From the NCBI GenBank assembly GCA_963666985.2, contig CAXXIA010000002.1:2464001-2528000 (forward strand): 64,000 bases of DNA, in the 5' to 3' direction. The position numbers were made by a program, and so were the translations under genes. Positions 11,019-20,965 of this stretch are shown piece after piece; position 1 is the stretch's first letter, and each line of letters starts with the position of its first letter. The stretch is from Spirochaetia bacterium (GTDB lineage: Bacteria; Spirochaetota; Spirochaetia; DSM-2461). A model generated the notes under the pieces. That model did no database searches. It was not told the origin of the DNA and saw only the letters and a program-made list of their open reading frames with translations.

Positions 11019-11891
11019 ATGAGGATGGATGTTCCCCCGGCTTCGGCTTACCGGGGAGTCGATTTCTTCGTCGATCCCCAAATTCCCCTCCGGGTGATTC
11101 ATGTCGAAAACGCCCCGTCCTTTCCGGATCATACGCATGATTTCCACGAGCTGGTGCTTGTCTGCGGAGGAAGCGGAATCCACCGTACGAACGGCGCTGA
11201 GTATAAGGTAAAACGCGCCGACGTTTTTCTACTTCCGCGGGGAGCAACCCACGGATATACCGGCACGGATCAATTCGATTATGTTAATGTCGTTTTCGAC
11301 GCTTCCGTTCTTTTCGCGAAAGGCGCACCCGCCGGAACCCCGGGTTCCTTCGATTCCTCTTTTCCCTCAATGGACGGACGCCACAGGAAACTTTCGGCAT
11401 TCGGCTTCCGTGAAATCCTTAATCTGGTCAACAGAATGGATCAGGAACTTCTGCAGAGAAAAATCGGTTATGGCGGAATGATTCGCGCTCTCTTCGAAGA
11501 GGTGTGGTGCCTGCTTGTCAGGGAATGCTCGCGGGAGTATGAAGGACGGAGCGGGAATCCCCATGAGCGTGTGGAGTGGGTTATCCGGTATCTCGAAAAA
11601 GAAGGCGGGCCGGATGTTTCGGTTGCCGACATGGCGTCGGAATCGGGAATGAGTGTTCGTAATTTCCATCGTGTTTTTCGGACTATCGCGGGAATGCCGC
11701 CTTCGGCGTATATCAACGGGCTTCGGATTGAGAGGGCGCGCTCCCTTCTTGAGGAAACCGAATTGACCGTAACGCAGATCGCCGGTTTGGTCGGTTTCGA
11801 CGACAGCAACTACTTCACGAAGATTTTCAAGAGCACCGTGGGCGTTTCTCCGAGACGCTATCGAAATCATGAGTATTTGATTAACGAGTGA
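11019..11891 (+). CDS. AraC-family (RhaR/RhaS-like, cupin) transcriptional regulator
   Basis: 'HTHDFHELV' cupin; C-terminal 'IAGLVGFDDSNYFTKIFKSTVGVSPRRYR'. Confidence 0.92.
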   Translation: MRMDVPPASAYRGVDFFVDPQIPLRVIHVENAPSFPDHTHDFHELVLVCGGSGIHRTNGAEYKVKRADVFLLPRGATHGYTGTDQFDYVNVVFDASVLFAKGAPAGTPGSFDSSFPSMDGRHRKLSAFGFREILNLVNRMDQELLQRKIGYGGMIRALFEEVWCLLVRECSREYEGRSGNPHERVEWVIRYLEKEGGPDVSVADMASESGMSVRNFHRVFRTIAGMPPSAYINGLRIERARSLLEETELTVTQIAGLVGFDDSNYFTKIFKSTVGVSPRRYRNHEYLINE

Positions 11892-12008
11892 CCCCCCAAA
11901 GCCCGCCCGCCGATTTCTTTATGAGCACGGAACAGGCCCGCTTCGCCGATTCCATATTCGGAGCGCATGACCGGCCGGCATGAAAAGCGCCTTTCAGGCC
12001 GCCGAATA

Positions 12009-13061
12009 TTATTCAATCAGCAGAGGAACATCCTTCCCGCCGCGCTTTTCAACCCGGCCAATCACAGCCGCCCCGGGGCAGCATTGTTCCAAATCGGCCA
12101 TCAGAGCCTCCGCGTTTTCAGGCCGGCAGCTCATTAAGAGGCCGCCCGAGGTTTGGGCATCCGCCAGGAGCATCTTACGCTCGTAAGCGGCGGCATCGGA
12201 CACTTTTACATCGGCCTCAACCTGCTTGAAGTTCCGGAAGCAGGCCCCGGGGATGCATCCCAGTTCCAAGAGATCCAACACCCCGCTCAGGGCCGGGACA
12301 TCTTCCGAGCCGATAACCAGCCGAACATCCGAAGCAAGGGCCATCTCCCGCCCATGTCCCAGAAGGGAAAAACCGGTAACATCGGTGGCGCAGACCACTC
12401 CGTGACGGAGCATCGCTTCGGAAGCGTCCCTGTTAAGCCTCTTCATGCTCGCCACCGCCGTCTGATAATCATTTTCCGAAACCTCGCCGATGCGTCTGCC
12501 CGCGACGATAATACCTGTTCCCAGCGGTTTGGTCAGAATCAGCACGTCACCTGGAAGGGCCCCTCCGTTGGTAACGATTTTCTCCGGATGCACCGTTCCC
12601 GTTACCGCCAAACCGTATTTCGGCGGATCATCGTCGATGGTATGCCCGCCGCAGAGAACGGCGCCGGCTTCCATCACCGCGTCCGCGCCGCCGCGGAGAA
12701 TCTTCCGAAGAATCTCCATATCCAGTTTCGCAGAGGGAAACATCACCAGGTTCAGAGCCGTAATGGGCTTCCCTCCCATCGCATAAATGTCGCTCAGGGC
12801 GTTGGTGGCCGCAACCCGGCCGAAATCGTACGGATCCGAGCAGACCGGGGGGAAAAAATCCGTGGTGGAAACCAAAGCCGTATCCGCGTTGATTCGGTAA
12901 ACGGCCGCGTCGTCCCGGGTATCGTTTCCCACCAGTAAATTGGCATCGTTCAAAGAAGGAAGTCCCTTAAGGACGGCGTCCAGAGCCGCGGCCGGAAGCT
13001 TGGCGGAACAGCCGCCCGATTCAACCGTCGTTAAAAGATCAATTTCGTTTTCTTTTTTCAT
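12009..13061 (-). CDS. selD: Selenide, water dikinase (selenophosphate synthetase), Cys form
   Basis: 'GGCSAK', 'DDAAVY', 'TTDFF', 'NALSDIYAMGG', 'GGHT', 'TDVTGF', 'DAQTSGGLL'. Confidence 0.93.
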   Translation of the reverse strand: MKKENEIDLLTTVESGGCSAKLPAAALDAVLKGLPSLNDANLLVGNDTRDDAAVYRINADTALVSTTDFFPPVCSDPYDFGRVAATNALSDIYAMGGKPITALNLVMFPSAKLDMEILRKILRGGADAVMEAGAVLCGGHTIDDDPPKYGLAVTGTVHPEKIVTNGGALPGDVLILTKPLGTGIIVAGRRIGEVSENDYQTAVASMKRLNRDASEAMLRHGVVCATDVTGFSLLGHGREMALASDVRLVIGSEDVPALSGVLDLLELGCIPGACFRNFKQVEADVKVSDAAAYERKMLLADAQTSGGLLMSCRPENAEALMADLEQCCPGAAVIGRVEKRGGKDVPLLIE

Positions 13062-13168
13062 AGTTCACCGACCCTCGGCGCCCGGCGGTTTATTCCGCAC
13101 CCGGGCTCCTTCACTTTTTTATGCGGAAAGAGCGGCGATGTCGTCCGCTCATCATCAATCCTTTTTCC

Positions 13169-13393
13169 TTACAAAGTCACATCCCGCCTGTCGACGGTTC
13201 CGGCTTCAATCCCCGCTTGTTGAAGAACCCGAGCGACTTTCAGTTCGCAGTCTTCTTCAACCTCCAGCGCCATGCCGCACTTCGGAGAAATGGAACGGGG
13301 AACGGGAATCACCCGGACTTTCAGGTTCGCATCCCGGCAGATCTTCTCAGCTTTGATAACGGAGCGCGTTGAATCGAAGATGTAGATTGTCAC
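13169..13393 (-). CDS. DUF3343 putative Se/S carrier protein
   Basis: GTG start after GGAGG; 'FDSTRSVIKAEK...IPVPRSISPKCGMAL'. Confidence 0.8.
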   Translation of the reverse strand: MTIYIFDSTRSVIKAEKICRDANLKVRVIPVPRSISPKCGMALEVEEDCELKVARVLQQAGIEAGTVDRRDVTL

Positions 13394-13565
13394 GGAGATA
13401 CCTCCGGCGGGATAATGGGTTTTCGGATTTTTTTCAGACTGTGTTTTAACGGAGACTGCCTCGTCAACGTGCGGCAATCGCCGCCGACGCATCGGCTGAA
13501 GCTTTCGGGCGCTTGTGAGTATCGGCGGCGTTCAAATCCCCTCCATTTTCCCTTTCCTTCGACAA

Positions 13566-14687
13566 TCACGCCGCCGCATCCTCCAGAGCTTTCAGAAGAT
13601 CTTCCAAATCCTGAACCGTATGATAAGGCCCCGGCGCGATTCGGACCGTTCCATCGGGAAACGTTCCCAAAGTGCGATGCGCCAGCGGTGCGCAGTGAAG
13701 CCCTATTCGGGTTTCCACGCCGTGCCGTTCAAATAGCATCATCCCCAGCTGGGAAGGATCCGCTTTTTCGGAAGTTATCGAGAAGAGTTCTCCCTGGTAT
13801 GCGTTCTCGGCGGCCGCGTGGACACGGAGGCCCGGAATCTCGGCGGCCGCGGCAAGGAGATTCAGGAACTCCTCTTTCGTATGGGCCGGCCGGGGCGGCT
13901 CGGAGAGCGAACCGAGCAGACCGAAAAGCCCGGCCACGTTGGGTGTTCCGGCTTCGAAGCGGTCCGGCAGGAATTCGGGCGTTTCCCAGCTTTCCGAACG
14001 GCTGCCCGTACCTCCGTTCACCAGAGGATTCAGATCCAAACCATCGCGAATGAAGAACCCGCCTGTTCCCGTCGGTCCCAGCAGTCCTTTGTGTCCGGTG
14101 AAGGCCAGAAAATCGATGCCCCACTCATCCGCGGTAATCGGCTCGTGACCGGCCGATTGAGAGGCGTCCACCAATAAAGGAATTTTCCCAAGGATTGCTT
14201 TCAGTTCCCCGATGGGCTGGATAACGCCGTTTACGTTTCCCATGTGATTTACCGCGGCCAGAAGGCAGCCGGAGAAATCCATCTCGGCGGCGGCGGCCAT
14301 ATCTACCCGGCCGTCCTTTAAAGACGGCAGAATCCGAATCTCCAGATTCCGGGATACTCGGAGTGCTTCCAGCGGCCGCATCACCGCGTTGTGTTCCAAG
14401 GGACCCGCCAGAATATAACCGTCCTTAAGATTTAAGCCCTTGATTATCGTGTTGATCGCCGAAGTCGCTCCGGAGGTGAACAGGATTCTTTCGGGATTCT
14501 CTGCGCCCAGAAGAGAGGCGGTCATGTCGCGGGCCTCTTCAACCGTCCGGGAAGCTTCCAGCGCCCGGCCGTAGGCGCTGCGTCCGTAAGGACCGCCGAC
14601 TTCATTCAGGTAACGGCTGATTTCCCGGGCACAGGCCTTAGGCTTTGGGAAAGAGGTAGCCGCATTGTCGAAATATCCGTTTGTCAC
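13566..14687 (-). CDS. Cysteine desulfurase / selenocysteine lyase family (class V PLP enzyme)
   Basis: 'YFDNAATSFPKP', 'EHNAV', 'FTGHKGLLGP', 'RIGLHCAP'; GTG start overlaps the yedF stop (GTGA). Confidence 0.9.
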   Translation of the reverse strand: MTNGYFDNAATSFPKPKACAREISRYLNEVGGPYGRSAYGRALEASRTVEEARDMTASLLGAENPERILFTSGATSAINTIIKGLNLKDGYILAGPLEHNAVMRPLEALRVSRNLEIRILPSLKDGRVDMAAAAEMDFSGCLLAAVNHMGNVNGVIQPIGELKAILGKIPLLVDASQSAGHEPITADEWGIDFLAFTGHKGLLGPTGTGGFFIRDGLDLNPLVNGGTGSRSESWETPEFLPDRFEAGTPNVAGLFGLLGSLSEPPRPAHTKEEFLNLLAAAAEIPGLRVHAAAENAYQGELFSITSEKADPSQLGMMLFERHGVETRIGLHCAPLAHRTLGTFPDGTVRIAPGPYHTVQDLEDLLKALEDAAA

Positions 14688-15310
14688 GGGGAAACTACGT
14701 GTGAGGCACCCGAAAGGCATTCCAGGATGTCGTACATATTGGAAACAATCCCCGCTCCCACTTTTTCCTTCGCCTTGAAATAGTCCGCGCAGGTTCCGCA
14801 AACCAGGATGCGGACTCCGGATTTCTCCAGGTTTTTCAGACTCTCAAGGACCGGAGATCCTTCCAAGGCCAGATTGATTCCCGAATTATAGAAAACCAAA
14901 GCCGAGGGAAGGGGATCGAGCTCTCCAAGCGTATTGCAGCAGGCCTGAATAAGGATACGCCCCAATTCATCGGAACCTTCCCCCATCTTATCGGTTCGAA
15001 AGCAGAACACCGTTCCGGAACCGCCGGCCGAGGTTTTTTCATTCGGCGCGGGCATCGGACAGTAATCTTCCGCCGCGGAGTGCTTGAACTCTTTCACCGT
15101 CCCGGTAACACGGATGGTGAACGTTTGACCGTTTTCGTCCGTTTCGAAAGGAACGTGATTATCGGTGAGAAACCGCATGACGTTTTCGTATGCCGTTTTA
15201 TTGTCCAGAATAACCTGAAAGTTCTCCAATCCCTCTTTCAGAGCCTTCTTCGTCATAATGAGCGGTTTGGGACAAAGCAGGCCTTGGGCATCGATGATGT
15301 GTTCCGACAT
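14684..15310 (-). CDS. yedF: Selenium metabolism protein YedF (TusA-like + DsrE-like)
   Basis: 'IDAQGLLCPKPLIMTKKAL' TusA motif; 'MGEGSDELGRIL...FYNSGI...CGTC...SNMYDI'. Confidence 0.88.
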   Translation of the reverse strand: MSEHIIDAQGLLCPKPLIMTKKALKEGLENFQVILDNKTAYENVMRFLTDNHVPFETDENGQTFTIRVTGTVKEFKHSAAEDYCPMPAPNEKTSAGGSGTVFCFRTDKMGEGSDELGRILIQACCNTLGELDPLPSALVFYNSGINLALEGSPVLESLKNLEKSGVRILVCGTCADYFKAKEKVGAGIVSNMYDILECLSGASHVVSP

Positions 15311-15512
15311 TGTATTACCCTCCTGGCTCATATTATCACAACCGAGGTGAGTTCAAAAATCAGCGATTGTGAAACAAGGCCCTTCCATGGCGAATCCGAA
15401 GAGCTTTCGGCCGTCGGATATAAGCTGTTTCATGAAATGAATCTCAACAAATGGAGCTTCGATCCGGAATGTTTTTTTCTTTTTGAAGGATCTTGGAGAA
15501 TTTGCTTCCCGA

Positions 15513-16676
15513 TTAGCCCAATGCCGTTTTTTTCCGCGTTTTATCGGCGTACATCGCGTCATCAACGCATTTTTGGAGTTCGTCTATGTTCTGATGTTCC
15601 GATGGTGAAAAAATCGTATAACCGTAACTGAATTTTAATTGGTATTCTTTTGTCGTCCGAGAATTGACTTCTTGGACCTTTTCTTGAATACGGTCGATGA
15701 TCTGCTCCACCTTCTTCGGATCGTCTTCTTCCATCAGAATGAGGAATTCATCTCCGCCGAATCTTCCCACGCCGTCAATATTGCGGACCGAAACATTAAG
15801 AATGTTGGCCATGGTAATGAGAGCCCGGTCTCCTTCCTTATGGCCGAAACGGTCGTTGATTTCCTTAAATCCGTCCATGTCTATCATCAGCAGCGCGAAT
15901 CCTCCGCGCCGTTTGTATTCAGTAATCCGAGATTGGACAAGATCGTCGATATGCTGCCGATTATAAAGACCGGTCAGATAGTCCCGCACCCCCCTGTGCC
16001 CTTCCAGGTAGAGATAGACGAATATGGTTGCGAGGGCTACCGTGGGCCAGAGAAACGATGTCTGGTACATGAGAATCTGAATAATGCTTCCCACTATGGG
16101 AATGACTTCGAATATAACGATGATCGACAAAGCCCGGAGTCCTACGTCTTTTCTTCTGCGCAGAACCAAGATCATCGACGAGAAGAGGACCGCCGCGTTG
16201 ATTGCCAGGATAAGAGGAATCCCGGGACCCCGATGGTAAATCCCGTTCGCATCCACGGAAAAAATAAAACCGCTGGGAACGGAAGCGATGAGAATCAGCA
16301 AAACCAACAGGAACGGCTGCATGTAATACCAGTGTTTCTTGAGCCGCTCCCGGGAATGGAAAATGAAGTAATCGAGATAGCACAGCCAGAGAATCAGCGG
16401 AATAGTCTCCGCAAGATAATAAAGGTTGTAAGTGAAAAGCGTTATGCCGACAGGCAAGACGGTTTTTCCGTTGAGAAGCCAGAGAATCCCGTCGTACTGC
16501 AGCAAAAAGAGAATGGAAAAGATCATCCTTCGGAACAGTCTGGATTGGAAGGAGCGAATTCTCTTACGTCTGAGCAGGAAGAGAATCATCACCAGAATGA
16601 GACTGAGGAAGAAGCTGAGATCGAATATTTCATAAATGCTTGATAAAGCGATCTTTTTCAGTATCTCGTCAGCCAC
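15513..16676 (-). CDS. Multi-TM diguanylate cyclase
   Basis: About 7 hydrophobic helices; 'DYLTGLYNR', 'DMDGFKEINDRFGH', intact GGDEF. Confidence 0.92.
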   Translation of the reverse strand: MADEILKKIALSSIYEIFDLSFFLSLILVMILFLLRRKRIRSFQSRLFRRMIFSILFLLQYDGILWLLNGKTVLPVGITLFTYNLYYLAETIPLILWLCYLDYFIFHSRERLKKHWYYMQPFLLVLLILIASVPSGFIFSVDANGIYHRGPGIPLILAINAAVLFSSMILVLRRRKDVGLRALSIIVIFEVIPIVGSIIQILMYQTSFLWPTVALATIFVYLYLEGHRGVRDYLTGLYNRQHIDDLVQSRITEYKRRGGFALLMIDMDGFKEINDRFGHKEGDRALITMANILNVSVRNIDGVGRFGGDEFLILMEEDDPKKVEQIIDRIQEKVQEVNSRTTKEYQLKFSYGYTIFSPSEHQNIDELQKCVDDAMYADKTRKKTALG

Positions 16677-16784
16677 CGGGGGTGCAGCCTCTTGTTAGGG
16701 ATTATTTTGTAATAATAGTATATTAATACGAAGAAACACCAGTGTCGAAATGCGCATATCCGTATTTCGTTCGCGGGAATGTAT

Positions 16785-16811
16785 AAAAAACCGCCGGGGG
16801 AAACCCGGCGG
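16785..16811 (-). terminator. Rho-independent terminator of the ato operon
   Basis: ccgccggg/cccggcgg stem followed by a U6 tract on the minus strand. Confidence 0.75.
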
Positions 16812-16838
16812 CAAATATCAATCACTCCGGATGCACAA

Positions 16839-18170
16839 TCAAAAGAGGAAAAGCATAAAGAGTGAAATTACTATTCCGGTATACAACAGTATGACGGTTG
16901 TATAGCCCATAATGTCCCTTATTCCCAGTTTGGCCACACCCAGCAAAGGCAAAGCCCAGAAAGGCTGAATCATGTTCGTCCAGGCATCACCCCAGGCAAC
17001 GGCCATGGCGGTAGTTGAATAGGGAACATTCAATGCCGTGGCCGCGGGAATCATGATGGGGCCCTGTACTCCCCATTGACCGCCGCCGGAAGGAACGAAG
17101 AAGTTGACGATTCCTGCCGAAAGGAAGGTGAAGAAGGGGTATGTCGTTTGATTCGATATGTTCACGAATCCCTGACTGAAGGTTTTGGCCAGACCGGAAT
17201 TGATCATCATGCCCATGATTCCCGCGTAGAAGGGGAACTGCAGGATAACGCCGCCGACGCCTTTAACGGCTTCACCGACGGCATTGACATAGCGGATGGG
17301 CGTCCAATGAAGCAGAATCCCCACGAAAAGGAAGATGAAGTTGACAATGTTCAGGCCGATTGTTCCGCCCTTTACGAAGTAATACACGATGTAGATAAGA
17401 CCGATGCCGCCGATGATAACCGAGATAATCCATGAATTCTCCAGCTTTTCGGCGGGAGTCATTTCGGATTTGGGCTTCGGAGCCTCTTCATCCTCATCTT
17501 CAAAGACTCTTGGGTCGACTTCAAAAATCTCTTCTTTATTTTTCGGAATCATCAGAGCGTTGATTATGGGCATCGTAAACAGCAGCAGGATGCACAAAAC
17601 AATGTTTTGCCAGCAGAAGATGGTTTCGGAAGCCGGGACGATGGCGCCGCCCGCGAATTTTTCCATAATACTGTCGGCACCGGCGATTTTTAGAGGAATG
17701 GAAGCCGAAAGACCTGCGTGCCAGATAACGAAGCCGCTGTAAGCGGAGGCCACAAGCAGAGGATAATGGACTCCCTTAACGCTTTTCGCCACTTCTTTAG
17801 CCAAAAGAGCTCCGACGATCAGTCCGAATCCCCAGTTCAGCCAGCAGCAGACGGCGCTGACGAAACTCACCATCAAAAGAGCTTGCGTGGGAGTTTTTAC
17901 GGCACCGGCCAGTCCCTTCAAAAAGCCTTTTACAGGCTTCGAATTGGCCAGGGCGCTTCCTGTTACGATGATAAGGGCCATCTGCATTGAAAATGTCAGG
18001 AAGGCCCACATCCCGCCGCCGAAGAAACCGACCATGTCCATGAAGCCCTGTCCTTCGACAGCCAATCCCAGCACGAAGACAATCAATGCCAGGATAACGG
18101 CGAAAAGGAACGCGTCAGGGAGCAGCCGCTTTGCGATGTTGGAAAAAACCTTTCCAAGAATCCGAATCAT
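16839..18170 (-). CDS. atoE: Short-chain fatty acid transporter
   Basis: 'LPDAFLFA', 'FSMQMALI', 'NWGFGL', 'FVPSGGGQW', 'GDAWTNMIQPFWALP'. Confidence 0.93.
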   Translation of the reverse strand: MIRILGKVFSNIAKRLLPDAFLFAVILALIVFVLGLAVEGQGFMDMVGFFGGGMWAFLTFSMQMALIIVTGSALANSKPVKGFLKGLAGAVKTPTQALLMVSFVSAVCCWLNWGFGLIVGALLAKEVAKSVKGVHYPLLVASAYSGFVIWHAGLSASIPLKIAGADSIMEKFAGGAIVPASETIFCWQNIVLCILLLFTMPIINALMIPKNKEEIFEVDPRVFEDEDEEAPKPKSEMTPAEKLENSWIISVIIGGIGLIYIVYYFVKGGTIGLNIVNFIFLFVGILLHWTPIRYVNAVGEAVKGVGGVILQFPFYAGIMGMMINSGLAKTFSQGFVNISNQTTYPFFTFLSAGIVNFFVPSGGGQWGVQGPIMIPAATALNVPYSTTAMAVAWGDAWTNMIQPFWALPLLGVAKLGIRDIMGYTTVILLYTGIVISLFMLFLF

Positions 18171-18260
18171 GAAACACCTCCACGTATGGTTTTCCGTTTG
18201 GTAAAGGAGCCGTTGTTCGGTGCAGCAAAGCGGGGCGGCGTTATTCGCCGCCCCGGAAGA

Positions 18261-18929
18261 TCAATCTCCGAAGTCGTATTCTTTGCAGTCGTCGGCGACG
18301 ACAAAATCAGCTTTTGTATGTTCGATGATGTATTCGGGTGTCGCCGGAGCGAAATACTCTTTAATAATAAATGCATTGTCTCCGATTTCGAAAAGTCCGA
18401 GATCGGTAACGATGTAATCCACCTCACCCTTGGCCGTCAGCGGAAGACTGCATTTTTTCACCATTTTTGTCGAACCGTCTTTATCAAAATGGACGGTCGC
18501 CGCAATAACGTTTTTGGCGCCGACGAGAAGATCCATGGCGCCGCCCATGCCCGGAACCATCTTCCCGGGAATCATGTAGTTGGCCAAGTCTCCTTTCTGA
18601 TCGGCTTCGAGAACGCCCAGAACCGTATAGTCGAGATGACCGCCGCGAATGATTCCGAAGGAAGTCGCGGAATCGAAGAATGCGCCTCCCGGAAGAATCG
18701 TTACGGGAGCTCCTCCGGCGTTTACGATGTTCGGGTTCGCCTCGCCTTCTCCGGGCTCGGGGCCCAGGCCCGTAAAGCCGTTTTCCGATTGCAGTACGAT
18801 ACTGACGCCTTCGGGAACGTAGTTGCCCACCAGGGTCGGGAGGCCGATGCCGAGGTTGACCACGTCGCCGTCTTTAAACATTCGGGCGATGCGTTTGGCG
18901 ATTTTTATTTTATCCGGTTTGTAGTCCAT
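18261..18929 (-). CDS. atoA: Acetoacetate/butyrate CoA-transferase beta subunit
   Basis: 'VNLGIGLPT', 'QSENG' (catalytic Glu), 'GMGGAMDL'. Confidence 0.9.
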   Translation of the reverse strand: MDYKPDKIKIAKRIARMFKDGDVVNLGIGLPTLVGNYVPEGVSIVLQSENGFTGLGPEPGEGEANPNIVNAGGAPVTILPGGAFFDSATSFGIIRGGHLDYTVLGVLEADQKGDLANYMIPGKMVPGMGGAMDLLVGAKNVIAATVHFDKDGSTKMVKKCSLPLTAKGEVDYIVTDLGLFEIGDNAFIIKEYFAPATPEYIIEHTKADFVVADDCKEYDFGD

Positions 18930-19606
18930 TAATTCCCCCCCAGCACAAGGTAATCCACGAAGATTCCCGGCGTAACGATGGTTTCGGGATCCAGTTCGCC
19001 GATTTCGACGATTTCATCGACTTCGGCGATCACAGTTTCACCGGCGGTGGCCATCATCGGGCAGAAATTCCGGGCCGAAGCGGCGTATGTAAGGTTGCCC
19101 GCTTTATCCGCTTTGGCGGCTTTTATGAGCGTTACATCTCCCTTAAGGGCTTTTTCCAGGAGAAACTCACGGCCGTCCATCGTGATTTTTTCTTTACCTT
19201 TTTCAACCTCGGTGCCCACGCCCGTGGGAGTGAGGATGCCGCCCAATCCGGCGCCGGCGGCACGAATCCGCTCGGCGAAGGTGCCTTGAGGCACCAGCTC
19301 CACTTCGGCTTCGCCGGAGATCATCTGCCTCTGGGTTTCTTTATTCAGGCCGATGTGACTGGCGATGAACTTGCGAAACTGCTTTGCCAGGACATTAAGG
19401 GCCACGCCGGTCGCCTTGGACTCATCACCCTGGTAGAGGGCGTTGTCGCTGCAGGCGAGAACCATGTCTTTACGTCCGGATTCCAGCAGAGCTTTCATCA
19501 GAAGCGGCGGAGTTCCGACGCCCATGAATCCGCCGACCAGCAGCGTATCACCGTCTTTAACGTGCGAAATCGCTTCCGCGGCACTTACAACGGGTTTCTC
19601 TTTCAT
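18929..19606 (-). CDS. atoD: Acetoacetate/butyrate CoA-transferase alpha subunit
   Basis: 'DGDTLLVGGF', 'PQGTFAERIRAAGAG', 'TPGIFVD'; ATG at 19606 overlaps the thiolase stop. Confidence 0.9.
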   Translation of the reverse strand: MKEKPVVSAAEAISHVKDGDTLLVGGFMGVGTPPLLMKALLESGRKDMVLACSDNALYQGDESKATGVALNVLAKQFRKFIASHIGLNKETQRQMISGEAEVELVPQGTFAERIRAAGAGLGGILTPTGVGTEVEKGKEKITMDGREFLLEKALKGDVTLIKAAKADKAGNLTYAASARNFCPMMATAGETVIAEVDEIVEIGELDPETIVTPGIFVDYLVLGGN

Positions 19607-20790
19607 CAGTTTTCTTCTCTCTCGATACAGACGGCACTGCCCATGCCTCCGCCGATGCACAATGTGGCCAGTCCGCGCCTCGCGCCTCGGGCCTTCATTG
19701 CGTAAATCAGAGTCGTCAGGATACGGGCGCCGGAGCATCCGATGGGATGACCCAGGGCAATGGCGCCGCCGTTGACATTCACGATGGCCGGATCCAGTCC
19801 CAAGTCGCGAACAACGGCCAAGGACTGACTGGCGAAAGCTTCGTTGGCTTCAACAAGATCCAAGTCGCCGACATTCCAGCCGGCCATTTCCAAAGCTTTC
19901 TTTGATGAGGGTACCGGTCCGTATCCCATGATGGACGGATCCACGCCCGCCGAACCGTAACCTTTAATGGAAGCCACGATGGGGACTCCAGCCTTTTCGG
20001 CCGCTTCGCGGCTCATCAGGACCAGGGCGCAGGCTCCGTCGTTGATGCCCGAAGCGTTTCCGGCCGTTACGGTACCGTCTTTTTTGAAGGCCGGCCGAAG
20101 AGAGGCCATTTTTTCAAGAGTTGTCTGACGGGGATGCTCGTCGGTGTCGAAAATAATCGGATCACCTTTTCTCTGAGGAATTTTTACCGGAACGATTTCG
20201 TTTTTAAACGCGCCTTCGGCGATGGCCCTGGCGGCTCTGTTCTGGCTCTCGAACGCGAATGCATCCTGCTCTTCTCGGGTCAGTTTCCACTGTTCGGCGA
20301 TATTCTCCGCGGTAATGCCCATATGGTATTCGTTGAAGATATCGTACAGGCCGTCATGGACCATGTAATCCATCATTGCGGAATCACCCATTCTGGCGCC
20401 CCAGCGTGCCGCGGGAACAAGGTAGGGAGCCGCGCTCATGTTTTCCGTTCCGCCGGCGACGATGCAGGAAGCGTCTCCCGCTTTGATAATCTGGCTTGCA
20501 AGCGAGACCGCCCTCAGACCCGAACCGCACACTTTGTTTATCGTCATGGAAGGAGTTTCTTTCGGGATACCCGCCCCCATGGATACTTGCCTTGCGACGT
20601 TTTGGCCGAGCCCCGCGCCCAGGACGTTGCCCAAAATAACTTCATCCACTTTATCCGGGGTGATTCCCGCCCGTTCCATGGCCGTTTTTACGGCCAAATT
20701 ACCCAACTCAACAGCGGAGACGTCTTTTAGCGATCCTCCGAAAGTACCGATCGGTGTTCGAACCGCAGATGCAATAACTGTTTCACTCAT
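19606..20790 (-). CDS. atoB: Acetyl-CoA C-acetyltransferase (thiolase)
   Basis: 'NKVCGSG', 'NEAF', 'GHPIG', 'LCIGGGMG'. Confidence 0.95.
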   Translation of the reverse strand: MSETVIASAVRTPIGTFGGSLKDVSAVELGNLAVKTAMERAGITPDKVDEVILGNVLGAGLGQNVARQVSMGAGIPKETPSMTINKVCGSGLRAVSLASQIIKAGDASCIVAGGTENMSAAPYLVPAARWGARMGDSAMMDYMVHDGLYDIFNEYHMGITAENIAEQWKLTREEQDAFAFESQNRAARAIAEGAFKNEIVPVKIPQRKGDPIIFDTDEHPRQTTLEKMASLRPAFKKDGTVTAGNASGINDGACALVLMSREAAEKAGVPIVASIKGYGSAGVDPSIMGYGPVPSSKKALEMAGWNVGDLDLVEANEAFASQSLAVVRDLGLDPAIVNVNGGAIALGHPIGCSGARILTTLIYAMKARGARRGLATLCIGGGMGSAVCIEREEN

Positions 20791-20819
20791 AGCTTACTCT
20801 CCTGTTTTGTCCTTATATA

Positions 20820-20836
20820 TGCAAAATGTGTGCCTG
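20820..20836 (-). promoter_or_regulatory. sigma54 (-24/-12) promoter of the ato operon
   Basis: Minus strand CAGGCAC-ACATT-TTGCA about 30 nt upstream of atoB; divergent bEBP gene adjacent. Confidence 0.75.
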
Positions 20837-20892
20837 AATGAAATAATGTGTTTAGGAGCGATTAGAGAAAGAAATATCGATATTGCCGTGAA

Positions 20893-20952
20893 TAAATATG
20901 GCGATTTTGCTATAAATATGGCAGTATTGCGATATCGATAATGCCATATTTA
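20893..20952. promoter_or_regulatory. Probable enhancer (UAS) sites for the adjacent bEBP
   Basis: TAAATATGGC at 20893 and 20913, inverted copy GCCATATTTA at 20943. Confidence 0.6.
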
Positions 20953-20965
20953 AAGGAACAGATCG

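Noticed and set aside
12990..13030. Possible selenocysteine (UGA) in SelD or its neighbours
   Set aside because: The catalytic codon is TGT (Cys), the ORFs are uninterrupted, and no SECIS is needed.
7643..16707. Shared 14-mer GTTAGGGATTATTT near two c-di-GMP genes (about 7643 and 16694)
   Set aside because: A 14-bp match is expected by chance in 64 kb, and its orientation and distance to the genes differ.
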